DNA of 64,000 nt, from NCBI GenBank assembly GCA_964016885.1, contig OZ024746.1, positions 49,042,001 to 49,106,000 on the forward strand, read 5' to 3'. Both the position numbers and the translations under genes were made by a program. Each line of letters starts with the position of its first letter. The stretch's first letter is position 1. A model generated the notes under the pieces. The model did no database searches and had not been told where the DNA came from. It saw nothing but the letters and a program-made list of their open reading frames with translations. The DNA comes from Eledone cirrhosa. Taxonomy: Eukaryota. This document shows positions 1-13,790 of the stretch, piece by piece.

Positions 1-419
1 TAGAGAAAACTGATATACTATGAGAAACATCCCCAAATTTACTGATGTGCTGTAAAAATGTGAACAGAAATAAAGAATAAAAATAAAGAAGGAAATTTAG
101 ATATAAAACATAAATTGTTGTACATAGACATTTAGAGATTTTGTAGTACAGAATGTGTCATGCCTATGAGATTTTTTGCATAAGAATTGCAGAGAATGTG
201 ATAGATTCAGAAGTATTTTATTTATGTACTAGAAAGTGAGCAATGTATTGACTTTGTTTTCTTGAAATTTGTAGTATGTGCATTTTGAGATTTGCCAGCT
301 AGAGATTATTGAACGAGACAGATTAGATTGTCGAACTTTCCCCAGATTTACACTAACGCAAACAAAGAAATTACATTATTTAGTTAAAAATAGCCAGGCT
401 TGGAAACATTCCATGATCT

Positions 420-640
420 CTGTCTCTCTCTTCCCAGTCTCCTTCTCTCCTCCACCCACTGTCTTTCTCCCTCTCTCTCCTCATTTTTCCTCCTCCTCCT
501 CATCATCATCACCATCACCCCTCTTCATTTTCCTCCCTTCCCTCTCCTCCTCCGCTTGATCATCATCATCATCATCATCATCATCCCCTCCTCCCTCGTT
601 GTCGTCGTCGTCATAGTAGTAGTAGTGGTTGTTATTGTTT
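420..640. repeat. Low-complexity (TCC)n/(CAT)n/(GTA)n tract
   Basis: Trinucleotide and polypyrimidine runs seen directly; they explain the poly-S/I/V ORFs. Confidence 0.9.
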
Positions 641-2853
641 TTGTTGATATTCTTGCTAACTTTTATATATTTTTATAACTATTGCGTCGCCCCGCTCTGT
701 TTATTTTTCCTTCGTATGTTGTGTTGCTAATACTGTGTTTAATATTACCCAGTATGTTTTTATATTCGTACATTTCTCTTGGAATTCGGATTTAGACACA
801 TTTAAGTTCATATTAATTTCATAAATATTAATACTTTTTTTTCAAATTCAAATACTAATTGTGAAAGAGCGAGTAATAGTCACCCGAGAAGGAGAAAAGA
901 GCACGAAAGAGATTTGTAAAAGCAAACTAAATCCGGAATATTATTAATTCCTAGAGTAGATAGGAGAGAAAATAGACAAATCTATTTATAACTTAAAGAA
1001 TAATACGTTGTTTATATACTGGCGGTAAACTAGCTAAACAGTCTAGATTGCTTTCTGGCTGGAACATCATAAAATGGAAAAAGAAAAATTCTTGAATGTT
1101 GGGAAAGGATAAATTGACTGATTCAATATATCGATAAATTTCACTATTACATCACTTGGATATTTTCCAGGTGGATAATGATGTAATAAGGTAGGACGAG
1201 AGATGGCTGGAAAACAATAAAAGTTGAATACATGATAAATATCTAAATAGTGAATAATATACAAAAGTAACTTATACTTGAATAAACTACCATTCTGATA
1301 CTAAAATTGAACGTATAATGTAATTATGTTATATTCATATACAATATTATATTATATATTTAGATAAATAAGTTTAGAAATGTTCATGGTATAACAATAT
1401 ATCTGTTAGTGACTGGCCACCTTCTGCTTCGTGTGAGGATGTGATTTTGTTGATCTCCTGGACATTAATGCATTATTTATAATTAATTTATCGGATTTCG
1501 AAGAATCATACGCAAGGCATGATCCAAATTAGATGCTGCAAATTATCCAGACTGGCTTTCAATTATATGGGCGATGTCTAAAGTTTCGGTCTACATTTTA
1601 TAACACATTATAAATTATATTCAGGATTCAATGAATAATAGAACTTAAAACCTATGAATGATATATCTTGTGCAATAAAACCATGAATGCTGAATTCACA
1701 TTTATTTTATGGACTTTCATATCTCCCACGTTACATCTTAAATAACGAAAAACAATATTTTGTTAGATTACAGTGCTTGTTAAAATATGTTAACATTGAT
1801 TTAGGTAATAAACGTAAAACTTTTTATATAATGTTGTCGTATATAATAATGTTCGGAATGGAATATTATATTACATACTTACACGGCAATAAATAGACTA
1901 CCAGACAAGAAGCTATTGCAATTATATATATATATTTATATATATATATATATTCATATATTTTATCCAACCTCTCTATTTCGGCCTATATATGAATATA
2001 TATATATAAATAGAATGGCGAATACATTTCAGTATGTTTACAGTTCGTCAGTGCTCCCTGACTTACACGAATTATGGATTTTGAGAAACGAACTATTCTT
2101 GGTTAAATCGTGTAGTGCAGACTGGATCAGCTAGTGTTAACTGGCAATAGCATTAACACACCATGATTATGAATAGAGGAATAAATGAACACATATGTAA
2201 TTTGTTTATGTATAATAAACTTATATTTTGTCTACCTGTAAGGGGAATTATGTGATGTAATCCTGTCACAGCTATCTCTGGAAAGGGGTAAAAAATGTGA
2301 CAGCACTTTGTTTTATATTTTTAGAAAATCAAACATGCTTATAGAGTATCTTGATCTGGTTGTTATATTACATTGCTTTATTTTAGAAAGTAATCTCTCT
2401 TTCTATTACAAAAAAAAATTTAATCAAGAGAAAAAATGCAAGGAAATTGCAGCGACATTTAAATTGCATTCGTCTCAATATATTGGTGCATATATTGTTT
2501 GTATATATATATATATATATGTGTGTGTGTGGGGGGGGGGGGGTATGTGTGTGTGTGTGTGTGTGTATAAATAAATAAATAAATATATATATATATATAT
2601 ATATATAGTTAAGGTTGGCAACATCCATACTATATTTAGGCGGTGCTTATATTCACTGATTTTATAGAGTATAGAAATATATGTTTGTATTGCGACACGG
2701 TTGTCAAACATTGTAAATATTGACCATCGTTTGAATTGCTGCCTACACGATTTAAAACAACGACATTGAGAGGCCTTAAAATATTCAATTCTTTACTTCC
2801 ACAGCTTATTCAGATTTGCCTGTGATTACCGAAATTTGATGATACATATATAC

Positions 2854-2992
<139 letters not shown>

Positions 2993-3604
2993 GACAGCAG
3001 CTGTAGATAGAGATAGAAGAGAAAAGTATATTTGTTTGCCTTTCCTTCTCTGTGTGCATATAACTAACAAAGACAAAGTGTGCCGTTGTTGACATATTTT
3101 CCGCCTCGCAAAGTCCTATATATTGAAATGATACATATGTATGTATATATATATATATGTGTGTGTATGTATGTATGTGTGTGTGTGTGGGGGGGGGGTC
3201 ATATATAAATCTGTGCGTGTGTCTAAGTGTGTGCTTGTGTCTGTGTCTGAGTATGTGTGTATGTTCCTGTGTGTTTGTATGTGTGTCTGTGTGTGTGTGT
3301 GTGTGTGTATGTGTGTGTATTACTATTATACATATACTATTATTTATAGAAATGTTTTTTGCTTATATAATATAAATATGTAAACTGTTGATTAAATCGT
3401 TTCGATATAAGGAATGCCAGGTAATCGAATTCTGTCAGTTTGACAAAGTATATTTCAGTTGGTTTGTCAAGGGAAACATCTCCTAGTTGGATTTAATATA
3501 AATGACTGCATTTGTCACATACACACCTTTAATTTTAACAGAAAACCCTGACACACTCCTCATGAGACAGCGTGTAACATGGTTGGCGTTTTGAATTATA
3601 AACA

Positions 3605-3760
3605 GAGTCCATTCGTTTCCATACAGTTTCCGTCTACCAAATTTCACTAAGAAAGGATAGATTCATCTGAGGCTTTGGTTACGACACATGTCCAAGTTGC
3701 CAAGTTTGGTAATTGCACTTCACGAAAGAAAAGTGAACCGCTGAACCACTCGATTATACC
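3605..3760 (-). mobile_element. Degenerate SINE (second family)
   Basis: tacagtttccgtctaccaaatttcact...gacacatgtccaag resembles, from recall, the reverse complement of a common cephalopod tRNA-SINE. Confidence 0.5.
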
Positions 3761-3823
3761 AAGGGCAATAAATATTGTAAATCTGCAATGATACGCATGT
3801 TCTTAAAGAGCAGTCAATCAAGA

Positions 3824-3860
<37 letters not shown>

Positions 3861-3861
<1 letters not shown>

Positions 3862-4455
3862 CTTCTTCTTCGCCCACTTATTCCTGAGAGGGTCGTGTGG
3901 GCAGAGTCCATAAACACTCCTTCCATTGTGTCCTCTGAGAAACAATCGGCTTGATATCCAAACGAAACTAGCCAAGCTTATGGATATCATCCAACCATCT
4001 TGTTCGGTGTCTGCACCTGGGTCTCATGCCGGTTGGTTTTACCCTTAAGTTTTGTCCAGCGATTCTTTCCTGAGACATTCTAACCACATGCCCATAGTAT
4101 CGGAGATGTGATCTCTGAATTCGGAGAATTAGCGGCTCTACCTGGAGTGACTCTCTGATCTCTAGGCTACAAACTCTATCGAGTAACGTTACAAAGACCC
4201 TACCGAGGAATCCCATTTTCGTCGCTTATATTCGCGATGGTATTCTTTCGGTCATTACCCAAGATTCATGACCATATGTATGGGTTGGCACGAATACCGA
4301 ACTGAAGATTGCAAGTTTGGCTTTTACACTTATCTCCCTTTTGATTACCCAATACTGCAATTCTTGCACTTAATTGAGCCTCCTGGCTTCCATTACTCGT
4401 GAACATGACCCTGAGATACTTGAATTTCTCTACCTGCTTCAGTGGAACTCGATGT
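3861..4455 (-). mobile_element. 5'-truncated RTE-clade LINE, 3' end (pseudogene)
   Basis: Minus-strand peptides LKQVEKFKYL, PTHTYGHESWVMTER, LRYYGHVVRM...RPRCRHRTRWLDDI match the RTE ORF C-terminus; (AAG)n tail abuts (TA)n. Confidence 0.85.
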
Positions 4456-5860
4456 GTGTGTCTGTCTGTCTGCCTGTCTGTCTGTCTGTATGTATATATT
4501 TGTGTGTGTATACATATATATATATATTGAGAGAGAGATTCCACTGTATTTAATTTCTTATACTTGTAGCAGAATAGTCATTGAAGACGAATTTTCTGTT
4601 AAAGGAGCAGAAAATTTAGGATTTTTGAGAACTCAGTATAGTATTTCTGGCAATTGAATGACGAATCTGGTTGAGATCGTTGGACATGTTTTAAGTTAAA
4701 AGTAATATCTATATATAACAACGATAACTATGCTTTTATATATGAAACTTCTACACTAAACACTTTTAAGACATAACTGTCATTTTATCTCCTGGGTCTT
4801 ATTGTGAAATGAAAAATAATGGATTACATTAGTGTATTATTTATGGGTAAATGTTGTTTTCATGTCGACTAACGATTTCTAACATAATGTTGAGAATAAT
4901 CACTTAATACAAAATGTTGATCTTATTCTAATATCCCTGATATTAGGTTTAATTCTGCAGGACTTCTACATGATTGCAATGTCTATAAAAGAAATTGCAA
5001 CCAAATCATCCTCAAATCACACACTATCCTAAAAGAGAACATTGGACAGTGTAGGTTCTGATATACCGAAAGACAGGATCTTGTTTGATCTTAGCTTGAG
5101 ATTCCAAGATCTTAGAACTTTCCTATCTTGTGGGCTAGACACCAAAACAACAATAATAGTTTATATTTTTGAAATAGAATTGTTGCTATTTATTCACAGG
5201 GCAGATGTAAGCAAACATACAATGAATAGGGTCCCATCTATTAGCACCCCTTCTTACTCTATTACATTGAATACATTGAATACTTGGGACTACATTCTCA
5301 GGTTTATCTTCCGCTTAAAGATGGTAGGCGGTAAGAAGACAGATAACGTGCTGCTATTTCTAGCAGGTTGTATAAAGGCGTACAGCCATCCTATTTGGTT
5401 CAGGAAAACTTGTTTATTATTCAAGCATTATTATTGTTATTTATTTCTACTTCTTTTTAATGGGAGCGAGAAACATCGACCAGCTGTTATTTGATTGAAT
5501 GTTTTACGAATTCCTTTGTTATACATTTTATGCGTCGGCATTCTAAAACTTTTCTGAATCACTTGAAAGTAAATGATGCTTTTATAATGTATGATCCATA
5601 AAGAAATCAACTAAGAGAATTAAATTTCGAACATACATATTTTCGAATGTTAAATATAAAAATGCTTAAATAATTATGTAGATGAGAAAAAACGTAACGC
5701 AAATTGTAAGCGTATGAAAAGTAGTACAGGATTCAGCTTAGAAACATCTGCTCACAATAATCCAATGTATTTTAAAACAAACTTAATCATATTCTCTGTA
5801 ACTGTAAATTTCACGCCCTTATGCCTAAACTAGAAATCAATATATAATTCAGAAACATTG

Positions 5861-5952
<92 letters not shown>

Positions 5953-6160
5953 TTTCTGAATTTGTTTACCAAGATTCTTTATCTGAAAACGTGTGTTGAA
6001 ACCGATATTGTTATGCTTTGGGAGGGTCATGTTGCCAATAAGAAACACACGCACCAGTTGCTTTCACTCCAATTTATTATAAATTAAATTTATAAATTTA
6101 AGAATTTATAAATTTCCGGTTGGTTGGTTGGTTCCACAACCGGACGGTTGTTCATATATT

Positions 6161-6203
6161 GTTAAATTTCTTTCGTCACACATTCTGTGACCTCTTCAGT
6201 AAC
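6161..6203 (-). ncRNA. Hammerhead-like motif, minimal type I
   Basis: GUUA-CUGAAGA-G-GUCACA gaaug UGUGAC-GAAA-gaaa-UU-UAAC. Confidence 0.55.
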
Positions 6204-7824
6204 TGGGGATTCTTTTCTTTATTTTTGTGCCTCCCTTTGTTCTGTCCTACGCTATCTTGTTTTTGTGTGTGTTGTGTGCTTAGTTTGCGCATGTGTTACA
6301 TCCGGGTGTCTGTGTGTGTTTATATTTGTTTATTTATTTGTTTATTTAGATGTTGCTGGTTGGTTGTTTGTTCTATGTGTGTGTGTGTTTTAATTTTATC
6401 CTTAATTGTAAGTTGTGATGTTGCTATTCCATTCATGTTTTCTATTTAATTTTGGATGGAGTTCATTTATGTTTATTGCCTCTGTGATTTGTCTAAACAT
6501 TGCGTCTTTTTTGTGTGTAGATTCTATTTTTATTTCTATGTTCTCTAATTTACCCTTAGGTTCTATTTTAGCATGTTGTTGGAGTACAGATGATTCTTTT
6601 CTATCTTGAAGCTCTCGCCGGTGTTCATTTATCCGTTCTCCTATACTACGAGCTGTCTCACCTATGTACACTATATTCTTATCTCAACATTGTCCTTCAG
6701 TAAATATTATGCTATATACTACTATCTAGTTTTACGGTTAATATGGGGGCTTAGTTTACAGATTATACATTTCTATTAACCTTATTCCTACTTCTTTCTG
6801 TTCTATTCCAAAATTTGCTCCTATACAAGGGGCAGGTCCCATTTGTATTATTATTTACCATGATTTCATATTTGGTTCTGGCTTCTCTATATACTCTGAT
6901 GTTATCTCTCTGATTGTAACCAGAGAACTGCATACGGTGGATGAAGTATTGTATGTGTCTCTCTAGTTCTTTGGGGTTGCACATGCGGGACACGTTTCTC
7001 ATCACCCGAAAATTTTGGAATAGAATAGAAAGAACTAGGAATAAGGTTAATAGAATAAACTCATGGTATGATAGCAATAGATACCAGAGTGTAATGTTCA
7101 TCAATACAACCCCTAGAGGTGAATTAGCTTACAAATTTAGAAGAGCCCTATATAAACATAAACTCAATATTAAGATAGTAGAAAGACCAGGTACCTCCAT
7201 AAAAACACTTATTAGCAATACATACCCTTTTCAAAGACCTCCCTATATAGATAAGAAATGTATAATCTGTAAACTAAGCCCCATATTAACTGTAAAACTA
7301 GAAATGTAGTATATAGCATAAGATGTACTGAAGGACAATATCGAGATAAGAATATAGTGTACATAGGTGAGACAGCTCGTAGTATAGTAGAACGGATAAA
7401 TGAACACTGGCGAGAGCTTCAAGATAGAAAAGAATCATCTGCACTCCACCAACATGCTAAAATAGAACATAAGGGTAAATTAGAGAACATAGAAATAAAA
7501 ATAGAATCTACACACAGAAAAGACGCAATGTTTAGACAAATCACAGAGGCAATAAACATAAATGAACTCCAACCAAAATTAAATAGAAAACATGAATGGA
7601 ATAGCAATATCACAACTTACAATTAGGGACAAAATTAAAACACACACACACATAGAACAAACAACCAACCAGTAACATGTAAATGAACAAATAAATAAAG
7701 AAATAAAAACACACACAGACACCCGGATGTAACACATGCGCAAACTAAGCACACAACACACACAAAAACAAGATGGCGTAGGACAGAACAAAGGGAAGCA
7801 CAAAAACAAAGAAAATAATCCCCA

Positions 7825-7867
7825 GTCACTGAAGAGGTCACAGAATGTGTGACGAAAGAACTTTGAC
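7825..7867 (+). ncRNA. Hammerhead-like motif, minimal type I
   Basis: GUCA-CUGAAGA-G-GUCACA gaaug UGUGAC-GAAA-gaac-UU-UGAC; stem I covaries with the 6161 copy. Confidence 0.55.
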
Positions 7868-7991
7868 AATATATGAACAACCAACCGGAAATTTATAAAT
7901 TTTAAAATTTATAAATTTAATTTATAATAAATTGGAGTGAAAGCAACTGGTGCGTGTGTTTCTTATTGGCAACATGACCCTCCCAAAGCAT

Positions 7992-8043
<52 letters not shown>

Positions 8044-8335
8044 CAAAGTTGCCCGAAACAACATAAATGAATTACGTGGGAGGAACGACCTAAAGCACTT
8101 ATTTTCCTCTTCAGCCACCAGCGGCGTAATGCAATTTCATGCATAGAGGTTATTATTGAGTCCAGGCGTAGAACAAGCCGATGGAAAGACGTACATCAGA
8201 AAAGACAACGACATAGAGACAGGGGAGAAAAAGTGAGTATCTTTCGACTGAAAATATGAGAGGATACGGTACAGACAATTGTGGGAATGGTAACACCGGA
8301 AGTCATGAAATATGAAAACTTTCTGAATACTTATC

Positions 8336-8478
8336 TGGCACTTTATTCTATCAAACTCGGAAGGGTTAAATACTCTGTTGATATTAATGAGATTTGAACG
8401 CGAAACATAAAGAGCCGGATGGTATACTGCAAAGCATTTTGTCCAACGCCCTCACGATTCTGCCTATTCCCCGCACCA
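8336..8478 (-). mobile_element. Degenerate tRNA-derived SINE
   Basis: Diverged match to the young SINE family of this window (A box TAGGCAGAATCG, B box GTTCAAATC on the minus strand). Confidence 0.6.
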
Positions 8479-8514
8479 TACATTCTCTCTTTCTCTCTCT
8501 CTTTATATATATAT

Positions 8515-8770
8515 ATAAATATTGATTGCCAAATAAATTAACTATGGAGATATAAAAGATGCAGAAGCGAAAACCAACCAAACATTGAGTGTGTTCTGTA
8601 ATTATTTCTGGCGATATCATTACAACAATGTGAAGACTAAAATCCGAAGAGGGCTCGATAAGGATAATATATATATATAAATATATAAAACCATAGAGCA
8701 AATATTTATTAAAATAACAAATTAAAGTTTAAGCAAAGAATCGCTACCTTCCCCCTTAACGGGTTCTTCT
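8515..8770. mobile_element. Interspersed repeat fragment (probable PLE terminal repeat) with internal inversion
   Basis: 8515-8625 resembles the reverse complement of 16340-16460; 8632-8668 and 8712-8767 match 31143-31260 in opposite orientations. Confidence 0.55.
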
Positions 8771-8957
8771 GAAACTATATATATATATATATTACTCTTT
8801 TACCTGTTCCAGCCAACCGGCTGAGGTCATGCTGGGGACCGCCCTTATATATATATATATATATATATGTAAGAAAAACCACAAACCCTCCATCTGAATT
8901 CTACTTTTGAAAAGCACAAGAACTGCGAAAGCGGTAAAGGACCAATATATATTTTTT

Positions 8958-9193
<236 letters not shown>

Positions 9194-9194
9194 T

Positions 9195-9270
<76 letters not shown>

Positions 9271-10004
9271 CGTGTATGTATATATGAATATGTACATATG
9301 TTTGTATGTGTGTTTATCTTTCTGTCTGTGTACTCATCCATAAAATATTTTAAAATCCTGGAAACGTTGTGCCTGATTGTTAAAATAGATTCAGTCAAGT
9401 GTTCCCATTTCTATGAGAATACTTTGACTTTTTGTTGAGATTTTCAATGAATGGTGACATTTAGTGACTACCTGTCAGCGTTAGAATAGAAACGTATATG
9501 ATTTGAGACAGTAAAGTTGGATGGAAATCAAAAAGAATACTTGATGGGGTTATCGGAACAAAAACTAAAACTGTTCTGACAAAAGTATTTCTAGGTTTTG
9601 GAAATTAGCTATTCAGTGGACACTTCGCGTCAGTAATTGACAACCGTATTCCAAAGAATTATTGGAAATATAAGAAAAGAGAAAATAGATATTTCCTGCA
9701 TGCAGTAATCAGCCTATGTTATAATTCAAGATGAAATCCGTTATGGTTGACAATATTGTCTTAAGTAGGTGTAACTCTAACATTGATATATATGAGATTT
9801 TTTTTCCTTTTGAAAACTAATATCACCAGGTCATACATGTGGTGGGCTATGTTATCATACGGTTCTTTTAGCCAGGCCTAATGAATTGCATACATTCATT
9901 TAGTGTAGGCTGATCGTAACTCAATTTCTTAATTCAATGCTTCCTATTGCAGTAATCCATGAGCTATCATTTCCTCCCCCTTCCTCACTACCAATCTCAT
10001 AAAT

Positions 10005-10061
<57 letters not shown>

Positions 10062-10299
10062 TAAAAAAGAAAACACAGGTAAGCATTAAGAGAAGGATTT
10101 TATCCAGGTATTTACGACCGTTCCATTGGTAAGTGCAACCTTATATTGCTATACTGCAAATAGCAGCCACTCAATTATAATTGTTGTTCACAGTCAAAAT
10201 TTTCAAAATAGTGAGTGAAATAGTACGTTGAAACCATCCATCAAACTGGCTTTCTTAACCAAGAACTGGATCACAATAAGCAAATTTTTGCTTGTCTAA

Positions 10300-10397
<98 letters not shown>

Positions 10398-10974
10398 GAA
10401 CGCTGCATCTTTTCTTCTGATTCAGACTTTAGAAAGAACGCAGATATATCACGATGCCATCATGGGTAAAATTGAACTCAGTACAAATAATTTTGTCAAC
10501 AAATAAATTGCCTTGGATTAACATTCTCACTTCGTAAAATAGATGAAAATAATTAAATCTAGTTAGTGCAAGTCTGTAAAATATATATGAGATTGCCAAG
10601 ACAGGAATATCTCTAACATATATCTGCACCGTATACGATCTGATCTGAGATGAAACAAAAAGCGAACAAAAACATACCACTCTTTAACATAAGAATATCT
10701 TCGTTAGTGCACCCGAGGGATCGTACTGTATCATTAGGGATTTCCTAAAGATCATACAAAAGAGAAAATCTAATGTTTTCTGTCCTCTACTACAACAGTA
10801 GTAGCAAATCAGAATGAAAACCTCACAGGATTACAACCGTTTTTCAACTTACCATTTTTCCATTTCAATCTTATAGGATAACACGTTTACTCACACCTCC
10901 TCATAATACGTCGTATTTGTGAATCATAACAACTTCTTGAGAAAATACCAAATATTGTTTCGCAACAATAAAGT

Positions 10975-11861
10975 GAAATTTCACTTAATTGTTGCGAAAC
11001 AAATTAAAAATTAAAAATTTAAATTTGTCCAGGTATCACGGCTATTGCCAATATAGGTTTGTTTTTATTGATTTATTATTTTTAATCGTATTCATTTGTA
11101 TTACACGGCTCAGAAATATCCCTTTCTTTGAGCTATTTAATTGTAAAAAAACTATTTGAGTATATAACTCTATATATAATATTCTCGGCTCCATGCGCTG
11201 AGCTAATTTTTAGTCCCATAAAACCGGCTGCTATTTTTAGCGGCACGAGTATAGGACGTGCTAGACGCTGGGATACATGTGCGTTCAATAACAGATTTAT
11301 CTCAGTCTTCCTAAGTATTTTGAAGTGAAACTTACCAATTTCTGGATACCTGCAGGAATAGGAAATTTCACTTAATTGTTGCGAAACAAATTAAAAATTT
11401 AAAATTTAAATTTGTCCAGGTATCACGGCTATTGCCAATATAGGTTTGTTTTTATTGATTTATTATTTTTAATCGTATTCATTTGTATTACACGGCTCAG
11501 AAATATCCCTCTCTTTGAGCTATTTAATTGTAAAAAACTATTTGAGTATATAACTCTATATATAATATTCTCGGCTCCATGCGCTGAGCTAACTTTTAGT
11601 CCCATAAAACCGGCTGCTATTTTTAGCGGCACGAGTATAGGACGTGCTAGACGCTGGGATACATGTGCGTTCAATAACAGATTTATCTCAGTCTTCCTAA
11701 GTATTTTGAAGTGAAACTTACCAATTTCTGGATACCTGCAGGAATAGGAAATTTCACTTAATTGTTGCGAAACAAATTAAAAATTAAAAATTTAAATTTG
11801 TCCAGGTATCACGGCTATTGCCAATATAGGTTTGTTTTTATTGATTTATTATTTTTAATCG
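10975..11861. repeat. Tandem repeat, ~387-bp unit x2.3
   Basis: Unit starts gaaatttcacttaattgttgcg at 10975, 11362 and 11748; copies near-identical. Confidence 0.95.
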
Positions 11862-12110
11862 AGACAGGCAAACCGTATTATTTTAATTAGTATTTTTCAA
11901 TCTAGCTAACTTGGTCATTTGCAATGCAAACACGTGTATACTTGTATCAGTGTTTATCCCTATCATATATTCATTTGTATTACACGGCTCAGAAATATCC
12001 CTTTCTAATTGTAAAAGACTATTTGAGTTTATAACTCAATATCCCTTTCTAATTGTAAAAGACTATTTGAGTTTATAACTCTATATATTATATATATATA
12101 TATATATAAT

Positions 12111-12254
12111 TATTTGAAAAAAAAGGAAAAGAATGACTTCACTTGTAGTGTTAAAAAATGTGTCATTTAATGTTATAATATTAGAATATTATAACATTAA
12201 ATGATACATTTTTAACACTACAAGTGAAGTCATTCTTTTCCTTTTTTTCAAATA
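12111..12254. repeat. Near-perfect hairpin palindrome (~70-bp arms)
   Basis: gaaaagaatgacttcacttgtagtgttaaaaa...tttttaacactacaagtgaagtcattcttttc. Confidence 0.9.
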
Positions 12255-12304
12255 TACTTAACTGTACCAAGGATCTCACACATGTTCCAATATATATATA
12301 TATA

Positions 12305-13350
12305 TACAATGATATTAAATAAATGGAAACTATATTTATAAAACCATATTTATTTTATTATATATATTTCAAGGGTACCAAAACACTTTGGTACGCTTTC
12401 CTCAGATAAAATACAAAGTTTGCTTTATAAATAGAAACATACCCATGAAATTATCGTTTGGATATTCTCTGGAGTTATGAGGGATATTGGTTTTGTATTT
12501 TAATGTAAATAAATATTAAGTTAAATTAAATTAAATTAACTGAGTTAAGAAGAATATTTATATTTATGTGATTGAAAATGGGGAGATACGAAAAAAAAAC
12601 TCCGGTTTTATCTATTTATTCGTTAGTGTGAGACTATTTAGTCAAAATAAGTATAGCTGTTGAAGATACATTTAGCCAGAATCAGTTAGTGGGTATTAAT
12701 CTATTGAAAAAATATTGAAAAAATATTGAGAAAATATTGAAAAAATATTGAAAAAATATTGAGAAAATATTGAAAAAATATTGAAAAAAATATTGAAAGA
12801 ATATTGAAAAAATTATTGAAAAAATATTGAAAAAGTTTGAGAAAAATTATTTTTAAAATTATTTTTTAAAGAAATAAAAATTAAAGAAATAAAAATTAAA
12901 GAAATAAAAATTAAAGAAATAAAAATTATTAAAATTAAAATTTTAAAAATTAGGACTATATACGTATATATTTTATGAAACTTTAAGAAGTGGAATTATA
13001 GCAAATGTTATAGATATTATGACTTAGAGATATCAATATATTAAAACCAAGTGGATGAGATTGTTATGGAAATTAGTAGGAATATTATAAGTATAATTAT
13101 AAGTTATATATAGTTCTGAATGTTGAATTCTGGCGATGTCTACAAGAATTAAATAAATTCGTTCTTAGATTAATAGAGTTTTTACATTTAAGTATGTAAA
13201 AAGTTTAGTCAATAGATAATTTGCAGAATCTAGATTTTTAGAATATTTAATATCATTGAATATTTACTCCAGGAAACTGTTGAGTGCTCTAAATTAGTTA
13301 TAAACATTTATATTTGTCGGACTTCCAACAAATTAAATACCCCTTCTACT
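12305..13350. mobile_element. Non-coding PLE-derived element (family shared with 48135-48600; tails at 42285-42360 and 62190-62270)
   Basis: Left end matches 48135-48245; right end gttgagtgct...ttata...ccaacaaattaaata matches 48528-48590; internal 11-bp and 15-bp tandem arrays at 12702-12930. Confidence 0.7.
12351..12413 (-). ncRNA. Type I hammerhead ribozyme motif
   Basis: UAUUUUAU-CUGAGGA-AAGcGUACCAAA gugu UUUGGUACcCUU-GAAA-UAUAUA-UA-AUAAAAUA: 8-bp stem I, palindromic stem III. Confidence 0.8.
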
Positions 13351-13524
13351 TATATATATATAGGCTGTTCCAAGCATTTATTTAAAAACGTTCTTTGTAC
13401 AGAGTTTTTTTCTTTTCGAAATATGTATGTTTTAAGGTATTCTGAGGCTGTGTTATGCTAGATATTTTTCCAATATTTTTCTAATTTGTTTTAAAACTTT
13501 GCTTCAAGCATTATTTACGGTGAT

Positions 13525-13790
13525 TGTCGCATACAATACAGTTGCGGGTGTGTACGTGATCGGTGTAGACGAGGGCGCCTAAAGACAGTGAAGACGTTGA
13601 AAGGCCGCCAGCAGTTCAAGCATGGAACCGCCTACTACAGTAGTAATTTCAATTTAAGAAACAAATTTGATTGACAGGTGGAGAATGAAAAGAACCAAAT
13701 AGTGGACCACCATGAGTGGCTAGAAATATCGATGTCGTGTACAATTCTTGACCATTCATAGAATGACAACAACAGGATATAAGCCGACAG
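13525..13790 (+). pseudogene. Possible highly decayed GIY-YIG endonuclease of a PLE
   Basis: Across frameshifts: SCG.V..IG.TR.RLKT ... GENEKNQIVDH.EW ... TILDH. Confidence 0.3.

Larger units (their letters stand above)
6006..7997. mobile_element. Penelope-like element remnant with inverted arms (RT thumb plus GIY-YIG)
   Basis: GIY-YIG YIGETARSI.ERINEH...RQITEAI...LNRKHEW on both strands (6402-6671 -, 7357-7626 +); thumb RMQFSGY...PLYR (6775-7011 -); 6006-6773 is the reverse complement of ~7260-7997. Confidence 0.9.

Noticed and set aside
12702-12930. CRISPR-like array
   Set aside because: Pure 11-bp and 15-bp tandem repeats without unique spacers, in eukaryotic DNA.
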